Origin: Aplysia californica
Lineage: Eukaryota
Assembly: GCF_000002075.1 (NCBI RefSeq)
Contig: NW_004797285.1
Coordinates: forward strand, 1,653,232 to 1,717,231
Reading direction: 5' to 3'
DNA: 64,000 nucleotides
Below are positions 39,101 to 49,007 of this stretch, in pieces. The notes under the pieces were generated by a model. That model saw only the letters and a list, made by a program, of their open reading frames with translations. It did not search any database and was not told the DNA's origin. Position 1 is the stretch's first letter; each line of letters opens with the position of its first letter. The position numbers were made by a program, and so were the translations under genes.

Positions 39101-42100
39101 CAATTGTTAAGGATCATCCAACCTATAGCCTCAAGAATGACTATAAAAGAATGAATGAAACAGTATAATAGGCTTAATACTAAAAGAGATGGTAAGCAAA
39201 TTTCATTAAGGGAAGTTTGTATGACAACTCCTTCAAGCATATTTCCCTTTCCTAAACTCCACGTGTTCTCCATCCAGGGAGAGTCCCAGCTGAACAAAGA
39301 GACATGTAGCTGTCAGTGCAATACCTGCAGCTCCGGGGAGTTCCAGTGTGCCACTGGATTGTGCATTCCGGCAGAGAAGCGTTGTGACGGTGTCATTGAT
39401 TGTGCTGATGATGAGCACAATTGTGGTAAGCTGCCTTGATTTTAATTGACTGAACACCTGGTGTGATACGGGTTTGCAATGCTTAACATTTAGGGTCTTG
39501 GGGAAATGCTCCCTTTTTAATTCTCACATGCACAAGTGTGGATTCACTCAAATTTTCTGATGCACCAAATTGAATTTTAACGTTTTTTTCAACCTCAACA
39601 CCAAAGTTTGACTGAGATTCATAGTTATATTTGTTAGCTTCATATATGAGTTAATACAAAACAACTTTTTCACTTTGCTTCCTTTATCCTTTGTTGTATT
39701 ATTATAATGAAATAAATAGAACAGTGTAGCAGTGTAGAATTTCTGTTCCCCTTCTTTTCTTTCAGCACATACAGCTATTTTTGTTCGCAAAGTACAGCCT
39801 GAAAAAAGAAAAGGTAAGTCATACAATTTTATGCTTTTTCAGATGCTCTTTTTAAAAATTTCATTGCCAACATTTCTGAGCTCATAAAAGAATGATGTTG
39901 TATGAAAGAAATGATTTAAAGTGAATAATATTTTCGATAACACACACATCAGTTTCTCAAAGACTGAATTATCTACAAGAAATAAACATGAGTATCAGCG
40001 AATTGCTTTTATTTGTTTAGTTTTCTTTTATGGTCAGGTCTTTTAGACCCATCGTTGTCAGTAAAGAATCAACATGTATGTAAAATTGGATGAAACTATT
40101 CCGTAGAGTCGTCATGAAGAGTTTTTCCCTTGAATTGTTACAAAGAAAACTTTTTGTACCGGTACTGCAAATTCATCATTGGTCTTGTTTTTGCTTCTAG
40201 TGTTGATTATACACGTTTCAAATGATATTTTTTCAAAGTAATATTGACTCTAGTCCTCTACCATAAAATCTCAGGATAAGTTCACTTTTATCTCTTTGGA
40301 ATGCTTGTGAGCTGTACTCTTTGAGAGTTATGAAAAGTAGGAAAGTTGCTTTATGTTAATTTAAGTGCTTATTTTCCCCAGGAAATTCACATAAAAAAAA
40401 CCAACTGAACGTTTGTTGGTGAACTGTGTAGATTGGAAGAGAAATAAGAGACAGTGTATATAGGCTAGTCATTAAAAGTGACATGCATTGATAACTATGA
40501 AATCCTGTGGCTTATCCATAAGTTTATGTTTAGGCCTCTGATACTTTTTCTTTTTGAGTTTTTAACTTGATTTGAACTAATCCACAGGTCAAACAATGTG
40601 CCACTACACTATGGGTAATGGTCCTGTGAATTTCAAGGTAGGAATATACAAATACGTTTCATTTTTTATAACTTGGATTCATTATAAGTTAGCACAAAAT
40701 TATTCTATGTATCTGGGCATATTTAAAGTAACTTGATGTAGAAACATTTGTATGGGAGCGATACAACATAAGCAGATCACTTTGCTGTAAGTTTTATAGC
40801 TTTGGTCAATTAAGCATAAAAATTTTGTGCACTCTTTTGGCTTTTTAAAAGTTGAATGTTAATTATATTTGTAAAAACAAACTGCACTGTTTAGAAACAG
40901 TCTTCGGTACTAAACAATACCCTTTAAAAAGACCATCTTTATTTCATTAACAGTGGGAAATTTCATCTCGGCTTTGTCACATTTGCGAAAGGTGTCAAAG
41001 ATATTATCACAAAGAAAACACTGACTGGGAACAGTTCTCTTTAAAATTAGGCTCAAATACAGATAGCAAGTTATAGTAAGTCATTGCTAAGAGGTTGAAT
41101 GTTGTCCATGACATACTTTTCTTTGGGGACTCTTCTAAATCTTCTGTTTACCACTTCCTTGGATGTGACCCTTACAGAATGCTCACAGGGTCTGCAACAT
41201 CTATGAATGCAACACCATTAACACTTGCAGTACCGAAGGCTCATATTGTGAAAAACCCTTGGGTACCGCACCAGTTTAGAATGCTAAAGCTGAGGAAGAA
41301 TATTTTTTAATTAAAAAAACCTTGGCAGCTCAAGAAACACGCTTTAAAAATTCAGAGAGGTTCATCAACCATTCAGCTACAATATAGAGTGACTTCCTTT
41401 GGTATTTACTTCAGTGCAGTGCGTCCATTCGTTGTTTAATTATTTTTAGTGAACCTGGTTGTGTCGGTGACTAAATTTGCCAGTGGTAGTGAGCGCAAAC
41501 TACGGTCTGGAGACTAAAAGTACAGTAGAAAGTGTTAATTTGAGTTTGCTTTTGTACAGTGCATATATATATACAAATATATTCATTTGTGCTACTTCTA
41601 ATTCTTACTGTCCTTCTATTAGGTGGGTGACAGCTGGCAAGATGGATTGTGCAAATTGTGCACTTGCAAGCTGACTGCGAAAGGAACTGCTGAATCAGTA
41701 TGTGATGCTCCAGCCTGTCCAAAATGCCAGCATGTGAGTGAAAGGAAAGGCAACTACATAGACTGATTGCTGAAAATTAGCATTTAGACAAAACACTCTG
41801 GTCTAACTCTTTGCATGTAGCTGGCTTCTTAGGTGAATTTGTGTACGTGCAACTTGCTTTCTAACATGGTTCTTCATTTCAACTTCAAATAAAATTGACA
41901 TTTCTCATTTCAAGTGCACCATCCTTACTTGTTACTTTTAAATAAAGTAAATAAATACAGTGTTTATTTTGATTTGCACTTTTAATGGTTTTCTGTTACA
42001 AAGTGTCTGATGAAACCTCTACTAAGGTTATAAAATACCCTTCCATAGTGTTTTCACAGTTGATTTTTTATTTTACTTAATTCCAAATGCGTGATTATAT

Positions 42101-44833
42101 TAAATTACAAAATTGTCTTTCTATATTATTACCTCAGGGGGAGGTCCAGGTTCCTGTCTCTGGTCAGTGCTGTGGGCAGTGTGTAGCTGCTGGGTGTAAA
42201 GCCAATGGAAATGTATATAAGGTAAGAATACAGCAATGTGATGGATGCTGAAGTTTGTTAGCCCTACACTTCCAATCCATACATCTCTTTAAGACTTTTT
42301 ATTTCCGGATCTCAGTCCCAAGATTTTGATCACGATGCTATGATTTTTATTGTAGTATCTCTATGCAATGCAGCAAAAGTCAGTCCACCAAAATCAAACT
42401 CAAAGGAATAGAAAATAAATGCATTTATGTAACTATTGTAACCACAGCTGCACAGAATATAATGCATCCAAGCCTTCTAATTGGCTTGTTTGTCTGAACT
42501 TTATGGCCTTGTTGTATTGCCTCTTTATGTAGTATATACACCATTCATTAACTGAACAAGGCTGATAATTAGTAATACATAATGTAGCAATTATGATACC
42601 AGCTTAAAGATTTGTTAGTGATTAACTTGAAATGGATGATGTGTATCTCACTATTTGTCTTTAAACTTTCACAGGTTGGAGAAGTTATACCTGGTGCTCG
42701 AAAGTGCTTCACAAAGACATGCCAGCATGATTCAGTGGAAGGTCACTACTTTGTTCAAGAGTCACAAATTGAATGCCCAAAATTGGATACTCTAAAAACT
42801 TGCACAGATGTGAGTATGTTGTGTAATGTCAGTCTGTTTACTGTTACATTTTAATTCCACAATCTTGAAATTGTGCTTTATAAATTCATTCATAATGAAA
42901 TTCCTATATATGCATAGCTTTAAGAAAAGACTAAAAACAAAAGAAATGTGGGACCTGTGCCAAATTTTCTAATCCATTCTTAGACAGCAAAGTGTAATTT
43001 TTAAAAGATTTATCAACTCCTTGACTGTGCTGTCAACATATGTCATACAACTCAGTAATCCGCTGCCAGGTGCGCTGTTAACATATCTCATACGACAGCT
43101 AAAACCCTTATTTTGTTTTTGATGGTATCTCAGCTACTTCCATGTTTTGAATAAAGAGAGTGATATCGTTTTAACTATGAGATCATATTACAGACCATTA
43201 ATTGACAGGAAGCATGGGTACTATAACCAGTAAAACAAAGCAAGGTGTGTTGTCTTTCTTACACACACTCTGCAGGACAGTCAGAACCGACCTGTTGAAT
43301 CGGAATTCTTGTTTAGTTTCAGTGCTTTCAATGTGTTTACATTGTAATGGCTTTTTCTACGTGGGTCTTGTCAATAGCTAAAGTCATATATTTTTATTTA
43401 TCTATTATTGATATAATATAGAATGACAGGAAGCATGAGCTTTGTGACCAATAAAACAAAGCGAGGTGTGTTGTCTTTCCCCTGCACATCATGCGAGACA
43501 GAGCCAATGCATTGAGTTGGAGTGCTTATTCAGTCTTAGTACTTTCATCAAGTTATTTGCAGTATTTTGCCTTGTTCTACGCAGGTCTTATCATTATCAA
43601 TGAATGAATTCATCTTTTCATGAATCTCTCTCTATTGAATATATTATAGCTTTACCTATCTGTCTTTATATTAATAAGCAAACAGCTTATTAAAGAATGT
43701 GACCTGTGATGTCTTGCACATGGTAGAAATTTCCATTGGCATGGAGTGCATATGGTTTGTAGCCAAGGGGTTAAAGAATATTTCTCAAAGGGACTGCAGC
43801 TTAATTTTCTGCTCTGAAAAACTTGCATGGCTACTTAAAAATGTACAGTTTGCAGTAGCTTTATTTATTCATCAAATATTTGTTTGCCTTCCTGACATTA
43901 CAGGTAGCAGACATGTTGGACTCAGATGGCTGTTGCTTGAAGTGCATTCCACAAAGTAAGTTGACAGAGAAAGCCAGGGATTCCTAATCCTTTTAAAGTT
44001 ATATAATATCTTTGACCGCCTCAGAGAATCTACTTTTTATGTTGATGTCTTAATGCAGCTTGGTATGTTGTGACTTCTTTCTCTCCCCCCCCCCCTCCCC
44101 TTTCAACTTGGTCAGGAGCATAGGCCTTCAACCATTACAAAGTTTTCTACTTCCCTTGTGCTTCTTTCTTCAGCTGTATTCAAGTCTTGCTCAGTTTCTT
44201 GGCTTCTACCTCCACCTTTATCTACCAAGTTCTTCTATTCCTCTGACCTGTGGGGATTCTATCTCAGTTCCTTTTGGGTTGTATTTGTTGGGATTACATT
44301 AAAGTTTTTTTGGGAGACAATATTGAGCTGAAACTTTTAAAAATTTCACGTTAGATTTCTAAAGTGAATTAAAAATTTTTTGTTCAGCTTCCATTGTAAA
44401 ATAACACTGTATTCTCTGTTCTTGAAAAGTATCTATCCTTGAGTATCAGTTCTGTCATCTGTAGATACATTAGCAATTATGACAAGGTTTTTCATTCAAT
44501 TGTTTTTCAGGTATTACTCCAGCTGAAATTCCATGTGAATCTTGCAAGCCTCAGTTGATGTTTGAAGATCCAGAGAAGTCTGTTGGATTCATCAAATTGT
44601 CAAAGCCTAATGGTGTTCAATGTGAGAATACAAAGCCAATCAGAGACCTTCAAGAATGTTCTGGCTTCTGTGAGTCAAAGGATCGCTATACTGAAACTGG
44701 ATTCCAGCTAAGCAGACGATGTTGTCAAGCTCAAAACAAAAGCACCCAAGTTGTAAAGCTTCACTGTTCTGATGGAACATTCTTGAGCCACGAATTGGAC
44801 ATACCACAGACATGTAGCTGTAGTGCATGCTGA
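103..44833 (+). CDS. Large secreted hemocytin/mucin-like mosaic protein, 3' part (40 exons, ~2,800 aa in window): discoidin x3, CysD x14, PTS linkers, TIL, VWC-like, LDLa, CTCK
   Basis: Exons traced by hand with AG/GT boundaries and matching phases at every junction; domain motifs recognised in translation; stop TGA at 44831-44833 after TCSCSAC; AATAAA downstream. Exceptions to continuous frame are an N-gap (13776-13875) and a 35-bp duplication (16359-16428). Confidence 0.92.
1372..1618 (+). CDS. exon: discoidin 1 C-terminus + P/T/S linker
   Basis: [14 protein letters not shown]...LRVNYIGC then PTS; phase 0/1. Confidence 0.9.
1995..2136 (+). CDS. exon: discoidin domain 2 N-terminus
   Basis: ccag|...|gtgagt; CNVPMNV...LLTASS...[12 protein letters not shown]; phase 1/2. 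Confidence 0.88.
3746..3974 (+). CDS. exon: discoidin 2 middle (near-identical to 103-331)
   Basis: same length (229 nt), phases and almost identical translation. Confidence 0.9.
4253..4733 (+). CDS. exon: discoidin 2 C-terminus + linker + CysD 1
   Basis: [12 protein letters not shown]...[10 protein letters not shown]...FCPGG..TDIQC...[14 protein letters not shown]; phase 0/1. Confidence 0.9.
7075..7275 (+). CDS. exon: [12 protein letters not shown] repeats
   Basis: ttcag|...|gtgagt, 201 nt, phase 1/1, open frame. Confidence 0.85.
7101..7272 (+). repeat. 36-bp coding minisatellite (also at ~13700-13775+gap and ~16168-16345)
   Basis: unit CCTAGTGCTGGACAGTTTGGATCCCCAACTCCCTCA. Confidence 0.9.
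7331..8126. mobile_element. Non-autonomous pogo/Tigger-like element
   Basis: TA|CAGTATAATCC...GGATTATACTG|TA terminal inverted repeats with TA TSD. Confidence 0.75.
8515..8641 (+). CDS. exon: CysD 2 N-half
   Basis: [16 protein letters not shown]...ACSEKEVIG; phase 1/2. Confidence 0.85.
9060..9314 (+). CDS. exon: CysD 2 C-half, linker, start of CysD 3
   Basis: IECRER...[10 protein letters not shown]...[10 protein letters not shown]; phase 2/2. Confidence 0.87.
10363..10604 (+). CDS. exon: CysD 3 remainder
   Basis: [19 protein letters not shown]...[10 protein letters not shown]; phase 2/1. Confidence 0.87.
11071..11234 (+). CDS. exon: linker + CysD 4 N-half
   Basis: [23 protein letters not shown]; phase 1/0. 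Confidence 0.88.
12141..12294 (+). CDS. exon: CysD 4 C-half
   Basis: ITDIQCYT...[13 protein letters not shown]; phase 0/1. Confidence 0.88.
12490..13470 (+). mobile_element. 5'-truncated RTE-clade LINE
   Basis: [36 protein letters not shown]; internal stops; (GAT)n tail at about 13455-13470. Confidence 0.88.
13673..14172 (+). CDS. exon spanning N-gap: 12-aa repeats + CysD 5
   Basis: repeat before gap; [10 protein letters not shown]...[13 protein letters not shown] after gap; single-exon status across the gap is assumed. Confidence 0.8.
15099..15182 (-). mobile_element. 3' end of an RTE-like LINE running into an N-gap
   Basis: minus strand reads [16 protein letters not shown] followed by a (GAT)n tail. 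Confidence 0.6.
16158..16669 (+). CDS. exon: 12-aa repeats + CysD 6 (frameshifted by a 35-bp tandem duplication as assembled)
   Basis: 512 nt; removing one 35-bp copy gives a 477-nt open frame [14 protein letters not shown]...[14 protein letters not shown]. Confidence 0.8.
17780..18121 (+). CDS. exon: CysD 7
   Basis: [13 protein letters not shown]...DIECRV...[10 protein letters not shown]; 342 nt, phase 1/1. Confidence 0.9.
18549..18629 (+). CDS. exon: P/T linker
   Basis: [26 protein letters not shown]; 81 nt, phase 1/1. Confidence 0.75.
18830..19022. repeat. degenerate (AAT)n microsatellite
   Basis: direct inspection. Confidence 0.9.
19480..19711 (-). mobile_element. Decayed tRNA-derived SINE
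   Basis: CCAGGTACCCATT...AATGTCTTTCCTAAGAACACA...AACCACTAGACTAC resembles a reversed tRNA-head plus core SINE. Confidence 0.45.
19825..20075 (+). CDS. exon: TIL-like domain
   Basis: [18 protein letters not shown]...CIPGC...CVPKEMCTC; phase 1/0. Confidence 0.87.
20709..20892 (+). CDS. exon: short VWC/E-like module + start of CysD 8
   Basis: [20 protein letters not shown]...CGWSEWMNE; phase 0/1. Confidence 0.87.
21133..21217. repeat. (CT)n microsatellite
   Basis: direct inspection. Confidence 0.9.
21421..23406. mobile_element. Non-autonomous DNA transposon with 31-bp TIRs and 8-bp TSD (hAT- or P-like)
   Basis: CACAGAATTCTACACTAATAGAA... at both ends; TSD GGTAAAAC at 21413-21420 and 23407-23414. 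Confidence 0.85.
23630..23851 (+). CDS. exon: CysD 8 remainder
   Basis: GDMELL...CRDV...[13 protein letters not shown]; phase 1/1. Confidence 0.88.
24231..24557 (+). CDS. exon: CysD 9
   Basis: [14 protein letters not shown]...[14 protein letters not shown]; 327 nt, phase 1/1. Confidence 0.9.
25139..25285 (+). mobile_element. 5'-truncated SINE
   Basis: CGTTGTGTCCTTGGGAAAGGCACTTTA core and GGCGTTAAACTC end. Confidence 0.5.
25471..25884 (+). CDS. exon: linker + CysD 10
   Basis: 414 nt, phase 1/1; [14 protein letters not shown]...[14 protein letters not shown]. Confidence 0.9.
25911..26776. mobile_element. Inverted dimer of a ~430-bp MITE family
   Basis: two opposite-orientation copies flanked by ATAT; family motif ATCAGGCGCTCGTCAA. 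Confidence 0.75.
26948..27361 (+). CDS. exon: linker + CysD 11 (duplicate of 25471-25884)
   Basis: 414 nt, about 5 substitutions versus the previous exon, intact splice sites. Confidence 0.87.
27821..27883 (+). CDS. exon: S/T linker
   Basis: [20 protein letters not shown]; 63 nt, phase 1/1, gtaagt donor. Confidence 0.75.
27982..29013. mobile_element. Non-autonomous piggyBac-like element
   Basis: TTAA|CTCATTCGCTACG...CGTAGCGAATGAG|TTAA. Confidence 0.8.
29767..29942 (+). CDS. exon: CysD 12 N-half
   Basis: [12 protein letters not shown]...IECRDA..EMGQ; phase 1/0. Confidence 0.88.
30251..30419 (+). CDS. exon: CysD 12 C-half
   Basis: [31 protein letters not shown]; phase 0/1. Confidence 0.88.
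31211..31510 (+). CDS. exon: CysD 13
   Basis: 300 nt, phase 1/1; [14 protein letters not shown]...[14 protein letters not shown]. Confidence 0.9.
31918..31992 (+). CDS. exon: linker containing GKR
   Basis: [24 protein letters not shown]; 75 nt, phase 1/1, cag|gtaagg donor. Confidence 0.7.
32264..32424 (+). CDS. exon: discoidin 3 N-part
   Basis: [10 protein letters not shown]...ITASS...ARLDSQGSW...QYIQ; phase 1/0. Confidence 0.9.
32800..32946 (+). CDS. exon: discoidin 3 middle
   Basis: [17 protein letters not shown]...SLDGINW; phase 0/0. Confidence 0.9.
33463..34200 (-). mobile_element. L2/CR1-type LINE 3' fragment
   Basis: minus strand TGTACAGCGCATTGAG...GCGCTATATAAAT + (ATT)n tail; degenerate RPLRS...KTHLF C-terminus; contains an N-gap; 5' boundary approximate. 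Confidence 0.65.
34429..34579 (+). CDS. exon: discoidin 3 C-part
   Basis: IFEGNTD...[21 protein letters not shown]; phase 0/1. Confidence 0.9.
35197..35914. mobile_element. Non-autonomous piggyBac-like element
   Basis: TTAA|CTCTTTTTATCC...GGATAAAAAGAG|TTAA. Confidence 0.78.
36309..36371 (+). CDS. exon: short linker
   Basis: [20 protein letters not shown]; 63 nt, phase 1/1. Confidence 0.65.
37095..37385 (+). CDS. exon: CysD 14
   Basis: CIVWDDWQD...IECRT...[10 protein letters not shown]; 291 nt, phase 1/1. Confidence 0.88.
38008..38192 (+). CDS. exon: linker + TIL-like half module
   Basis: SKRSTEP...[20 protein letters not shown]; phase 1/0. Confidence 0.85.
38737..38832 (+). CDS. exon: VWC-like
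   Basis: [30 protein letters not shown]; phase 0/0. Confidence 0.85.
39278..39425 (+). CDS. exon: LDL-receptor class A module
   Basis: [34 protein letters not shown]; phase 0/1. Confidence 0.9.
40588..40637 (+). CDS. exon: VWC start
   Basis: [16 protein letters not shown]; phase 1/0 bridges the flanking exons. Confidence 0.75.
41623..41733 (+). CDS. exon: VWC
   Basis: [15 protein letters not shown]...CDAPACPKC; phase 0/0. Confidence 0.87.
42138..42221 (+). CDS. exon: VWC end / next VWC start
   Basis: [24 protein letters not shown]; phase 0/0. Confidence 0.87.
42675..42809 (+). CDS. exon: VWC-like
   Basis: [16 protein letters not shown]...IECP...TCTD; phase 0/0. Confidence 0.85.
43904..43955 (+). 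CDS. exon: VWC-like end
   Basis: [15 protein letters not shown]; phase 0/1. Confidence 0.82.
44511..44833 (+). CDS. terminal exon: C-terminal cystine knot (CTCK)
   Basis: C..C..ECSGFC..RRCC..LHCSDG..TCSCSAC-stop. Confidence 0.92.
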
Positions 44834-44934
44834 ATAACTCCTTCAACAATAGGAAAGGAACATTTTATTGAGTTTTTGTTAAATCATTGGAGACATGACT
44901 GATGAAAGGCATGCTGTGAACGATGACTTGTTGA

Positions 44935-44940
44935 AATAAA
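44935..44940 (+). terminator. candidate polyadenylation signal of the mucin-like gene
   Basis: AATAAA about 100 nt after the stop codon. Confidence 0.55.
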
Positions 44941-45274
44941 ATGTTGCATTGTTATCTTCAGAGTTGGTAGTGATGCATATATATTATATATATATATATA
45001 TATCATTATTATAGCTTGTTCACTTTCACTTTCATCTGTCAGCGGTTAAAATGGGATAAAAACAGATTGCTGTTTAATCTTCTCAGGTCTTGCATTCGGG
45101 TCTAAAAGGTGGATAAGCAACATAATGTGTAAAAGCCGATTAATGAAGGCTACTGCAAAATAAGATTTCGACATGTTTACTTTGATGTTAGCTGAAAGTA
45201 GGTTAAAAAAATAATAATAGAAAATTTACCGCATAGGCCATCCTACTAAGACATCGAAGAGTCGACATTTGTCG

Positions 45275-45717
45275 TGTGTCCGGACGTGGTGAAATCAGGC
45301 ACTCGTCAATTTTTGGGCATATATAGTTATTAGTACGGTATCATCTTAAAGCTCGTTCATTTGTCTTGCACTAGGCGAAAAAAAATACCCATTTACCTTG
45401 AATAGAAGTCAAAATATTTACGATTGAATGAGATGGTAGTCATCTGGTATCAGAGATAAAATCAGTGAGAAAATGGCCGCCAAAGTTTGGTGACTTTTAA
45501 AGCTTGAGTGTCAATGGCAACTGAAACTTTAAGTTTTTTGTGCCTTTGATCAAAGTTTTTCAGTAAAATCCACAGACAGATGTGTTTTAAATGGACATAA
45601 AAGGTGTTGTGCCCAAAAAAAGGAATTTAGAAAAATAATTGCCAACAGCCAAAAAAATGCCGGTTTCTTTGATATCTTTATTTTGACGAGCGCTCGATTT
45701 CACTACGCTGCCTCACA
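45275..45717. mobile_element. ~430-bp MITE family copy
   Basis: similar by eye to 26343-26776 and 50124-50545; imperfect TIRs. Confidence 0.7.
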
Positions 45718-46562
45718 CATTATTTTCATCAACACTACTTTAAAATTCATACCTATGAAACACGGTCCAATAGATGGGCGACTTCTTTTTGAGACGCACA
45801 TGGTGATTCCTAGACTGCTTTGAGGAGAAAAAAACTGCGTAATTACACTGAAATCTGGGTGCAAGATGGTGCTACTGTCTCAAAATGAACAATTTATTGA
45901 CTAGATCTAGGTTTTGTAAATCATATGTGAGGAGTGCTGACAAAATGAGTTACTTCTCGCCATCCACAAATGGAGATATTGGCCAAAAATCGACACAAGT
46001 GTCAAATTTGTAAATTTTCTATTAATGCCATATTCTTTAAGAACAACATTTCTTTTATTATTTCATACTTTTAAATTGTAAAAACTTCCCTTATACTTAT
46101 AAGCGTGAAGCATAAATTTCCATAAATAAGGCTTGAATCCGATAAGCAACTCATTTTGTCAGCTCGCATATATTTAAATTACTATAGTGATCCTGTGTAT
46201 GCACCCTAAGTATGGTGTTTAACATAGGGCCCAAATTAAGTGGATCAAGATTTTTTTTTTAAAGAAGTGCCATGCAAAGTTACAAGTGTATTGCCAAATT
46301 AATAAATGAGCGGACAGACCAAAATTAACAAGCGTTAGTATAAGTTATAAGCCTATCATCCATTGATATTTCAGTAGTTGTTACTGCTAGGAAAAATGAT
46401 TGACTAAAAGAATGCAATCCATGTGCAATGGTGGGGAAAAGCCAGAAAGCATATATAACAGAAGAGTAAGAAAGAAGTTGGGACTCTCCAGTGGCACCTC
46501 ACCCCTTAACTATCATCACAACTATTCAGTTACTTAATATTGTTTACAATTTCAACCCTTTT

Positions 46563-47318
46563 TACACAGAACAAGGTTTAGATCATAACCATAACGGCAC
46601 CCGCTGCAGCGGGACCATCCCTACAGTGGGACCTTACCAAAATCCCCCCCTTTTTTTTTGTATGTTAACTCAATTACCTGTGCTCGGGGTTCACAGGGCA
46701 AGGAAATGCCCGAACAAGGATACAGCGGGAGAGATCGAGCGAGCTCCAGCTGGGGGGAAGGGGGTTGTGGGGTCGGGTGGCTGTAAAAGGGGTCCAAACA
46801 GGCAGTCAGCGGTTTGGCGTTGTGATTGGCCAGTCCAGTGATGAGCGAGGTGTGGCAGGCGGCAGAGAGAGAGAGATGATGCAGAGAGACATGTGTCATA
46901 GCCCTACTAGGCCTAGGCTAAGCCAAAAAGTAAAAGAAGATGAGAGCGTGTAGTGTGCGATTCCTGATTGATTGAATTGCGATCGTTGATGCTCATAGGC
47001 ATACGCACGCATCCACTTCACCAATTCTACAGTAGGCTTACTGGTACGATAGACAGCCCAAGCAACAAGACCGAGGAAAAGATGGCTGCCAACAAAGACA
47101 AAAGGAAATACTTCTCACTCGAATTAAAGGCCGAGATAAGCAACGAATTTGACAAGAAAAGATCTAAAGCGCAAATTTTATTGATGTGGAAGGAATGTAA
47201 TCATGCAGATTTTAAATTTTTTTCCGGCAATTCCCCTTTGCATTGCTATAGCGGGAACTTGCCTACAGCAGGATTTTTCTTCTGGAACCAAAAGTCCCCC
47301 CATAGGTATGTTCTACTG
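46563..47318 (+). mobile_element. Internally deleted pogo/Tigger-like element
   Basis: MAANKDKRKYFSLELKAEI resembles the CENP-B/Tigger N-terminal HTH; right end GTTCTACTG|TA; left end degraded. Confidence 0.55.
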
Positions 47319-49007
47319 TAAAAGGTTGGCCTTAATTGAGAGGCAACTATTCTATATGTATTTGTGAGAATATTTTCCATAAATTATTAGAACATAAAAA
47401 ATCCTATAGTGTTGAACAGGATGTAAAATTGAAACTTAGAACTTTTACTACATTCTTTCCAGTCTGCTGGTGTGTCATGGCTAGGACTACAATACCGGCA
47501 GACAATAATTTGAAAAGCTTATTCACCAAGATTAACAGTATAATAAGTATAATAAAAAATGTCAGTTATCCAATTCCAGCAATCCAATGAATTGTAAACT
47601 GTGAAGTTGTCCTATCTGCCTACTTTGTCCCCAAGCCTTTCTGTGAAGCCAATTTCATGATGAATTTGCAATAGTTTTATTCCACTTTCAACACACCAAT
47701 TCATATTTTAGGATGATGGACTTAGAAATAAAACTTTATCTCAAGGGAAGGTAGGCCTTCATGATACCACCAGACCATAATATAGCTTCTTGAGCAAGCT
47801 TTTCTTTTTCTCAAACTTCACTGTAGTATTAACACCATTTTGATATAGCCTATGAATGGAAGCCCATTAGTCATATAGACCCAATCTGGTCATTCAGGTC
47901 CGATTGGGTTGGGTCGCGAAAAGGTGCTTGCCAGTGCACAGTATTTAAATAGACTTCTGCTTTGCTTCATCAAACTGGACTCGGAACACTATTAATCCAA
48001 TCTCATTCCATACAAAGAAAAGATTCCCCCCAATGTCAATACATGCATAGCAGCCTTCAAATTGGCTACTGGCTACGATTTACATCAAATGAACCCATTC
48101 CGGACTTAGAAAATCAAAACTGTTTGATTTTGGAGGATTAAATCAAATAGCGATAAAATGTAAGCTTTTGTCCCTTCATGAAAGAAAATCTGGCCACACT
48201 CAAACGTATCAATCCATATCAAATAAAGATTTGACGAAACTTTCTGCAGTCTGGGTATAAACATAAGGTAGGCTACTCAGATGTACTTTGGATTCAAAAC
48301 CTTGTAGCGATTCTGATGCTAGAGAACTGCATTCAAAGTAGTGAAACATAGTCTTGAACTAGAACCTGCACTATTCAGAATGAGGCATATCAGAAACAGT
48401 TGAATAATAGTGGTAGTATACAAAATACAACTCGTCTGCCAAGTAACAGCCACATTTTGTCAAAAACAATGGTTACGTTATGTGGAATAGAAGTAGAAGC
48501 AGGATCACATCATTCCTCCAGAAAAGTATCATGTTTGAATTAATGAATTCCAAAGCTCCTTGCCTGGTTCGACTTTAAAATGCCTCAAAAGGTAAACGAT
48601 TTGAAAGAGGCGAAGTGGCAATGCATAGGGGTTTCATCGAGCAGTTTAGGCACAGCTCATTTCTAGGAGCCTTACAGATTCAGAATAGGCTATTTCAAAG
48701 GAGGAATGCTCCACTGGGCTAAGCAAATTTCTACTGAAAAGAAAAGACTTTGGCTCAAACTGTGACATTGTACATGTCAATCAATTTCATTTATAATGTA
48801 ACATCCAGCTATGCTATTTTCATCACAATTCTGAGCTTATCTTCATAACAACAATAAAAGTACATTCAAATTCCTTTAGGATCTACTGTTCCAATACACT
48901 CATAGAGATACATATATGTAAACACACACTGACACATAAGTAACTCCACACCACAGCAATTTCTGAACAACAAATGAAATGCAATGATTGTAATGTAATG
49001 CATACTT

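Noticed and set aside
43200-43600. ~220-bp diverged tandem duplication in an intron (similar case at ~22290-22600)
   Set aside because: Non-coding and probably internal to old repeats; no evidence of function.
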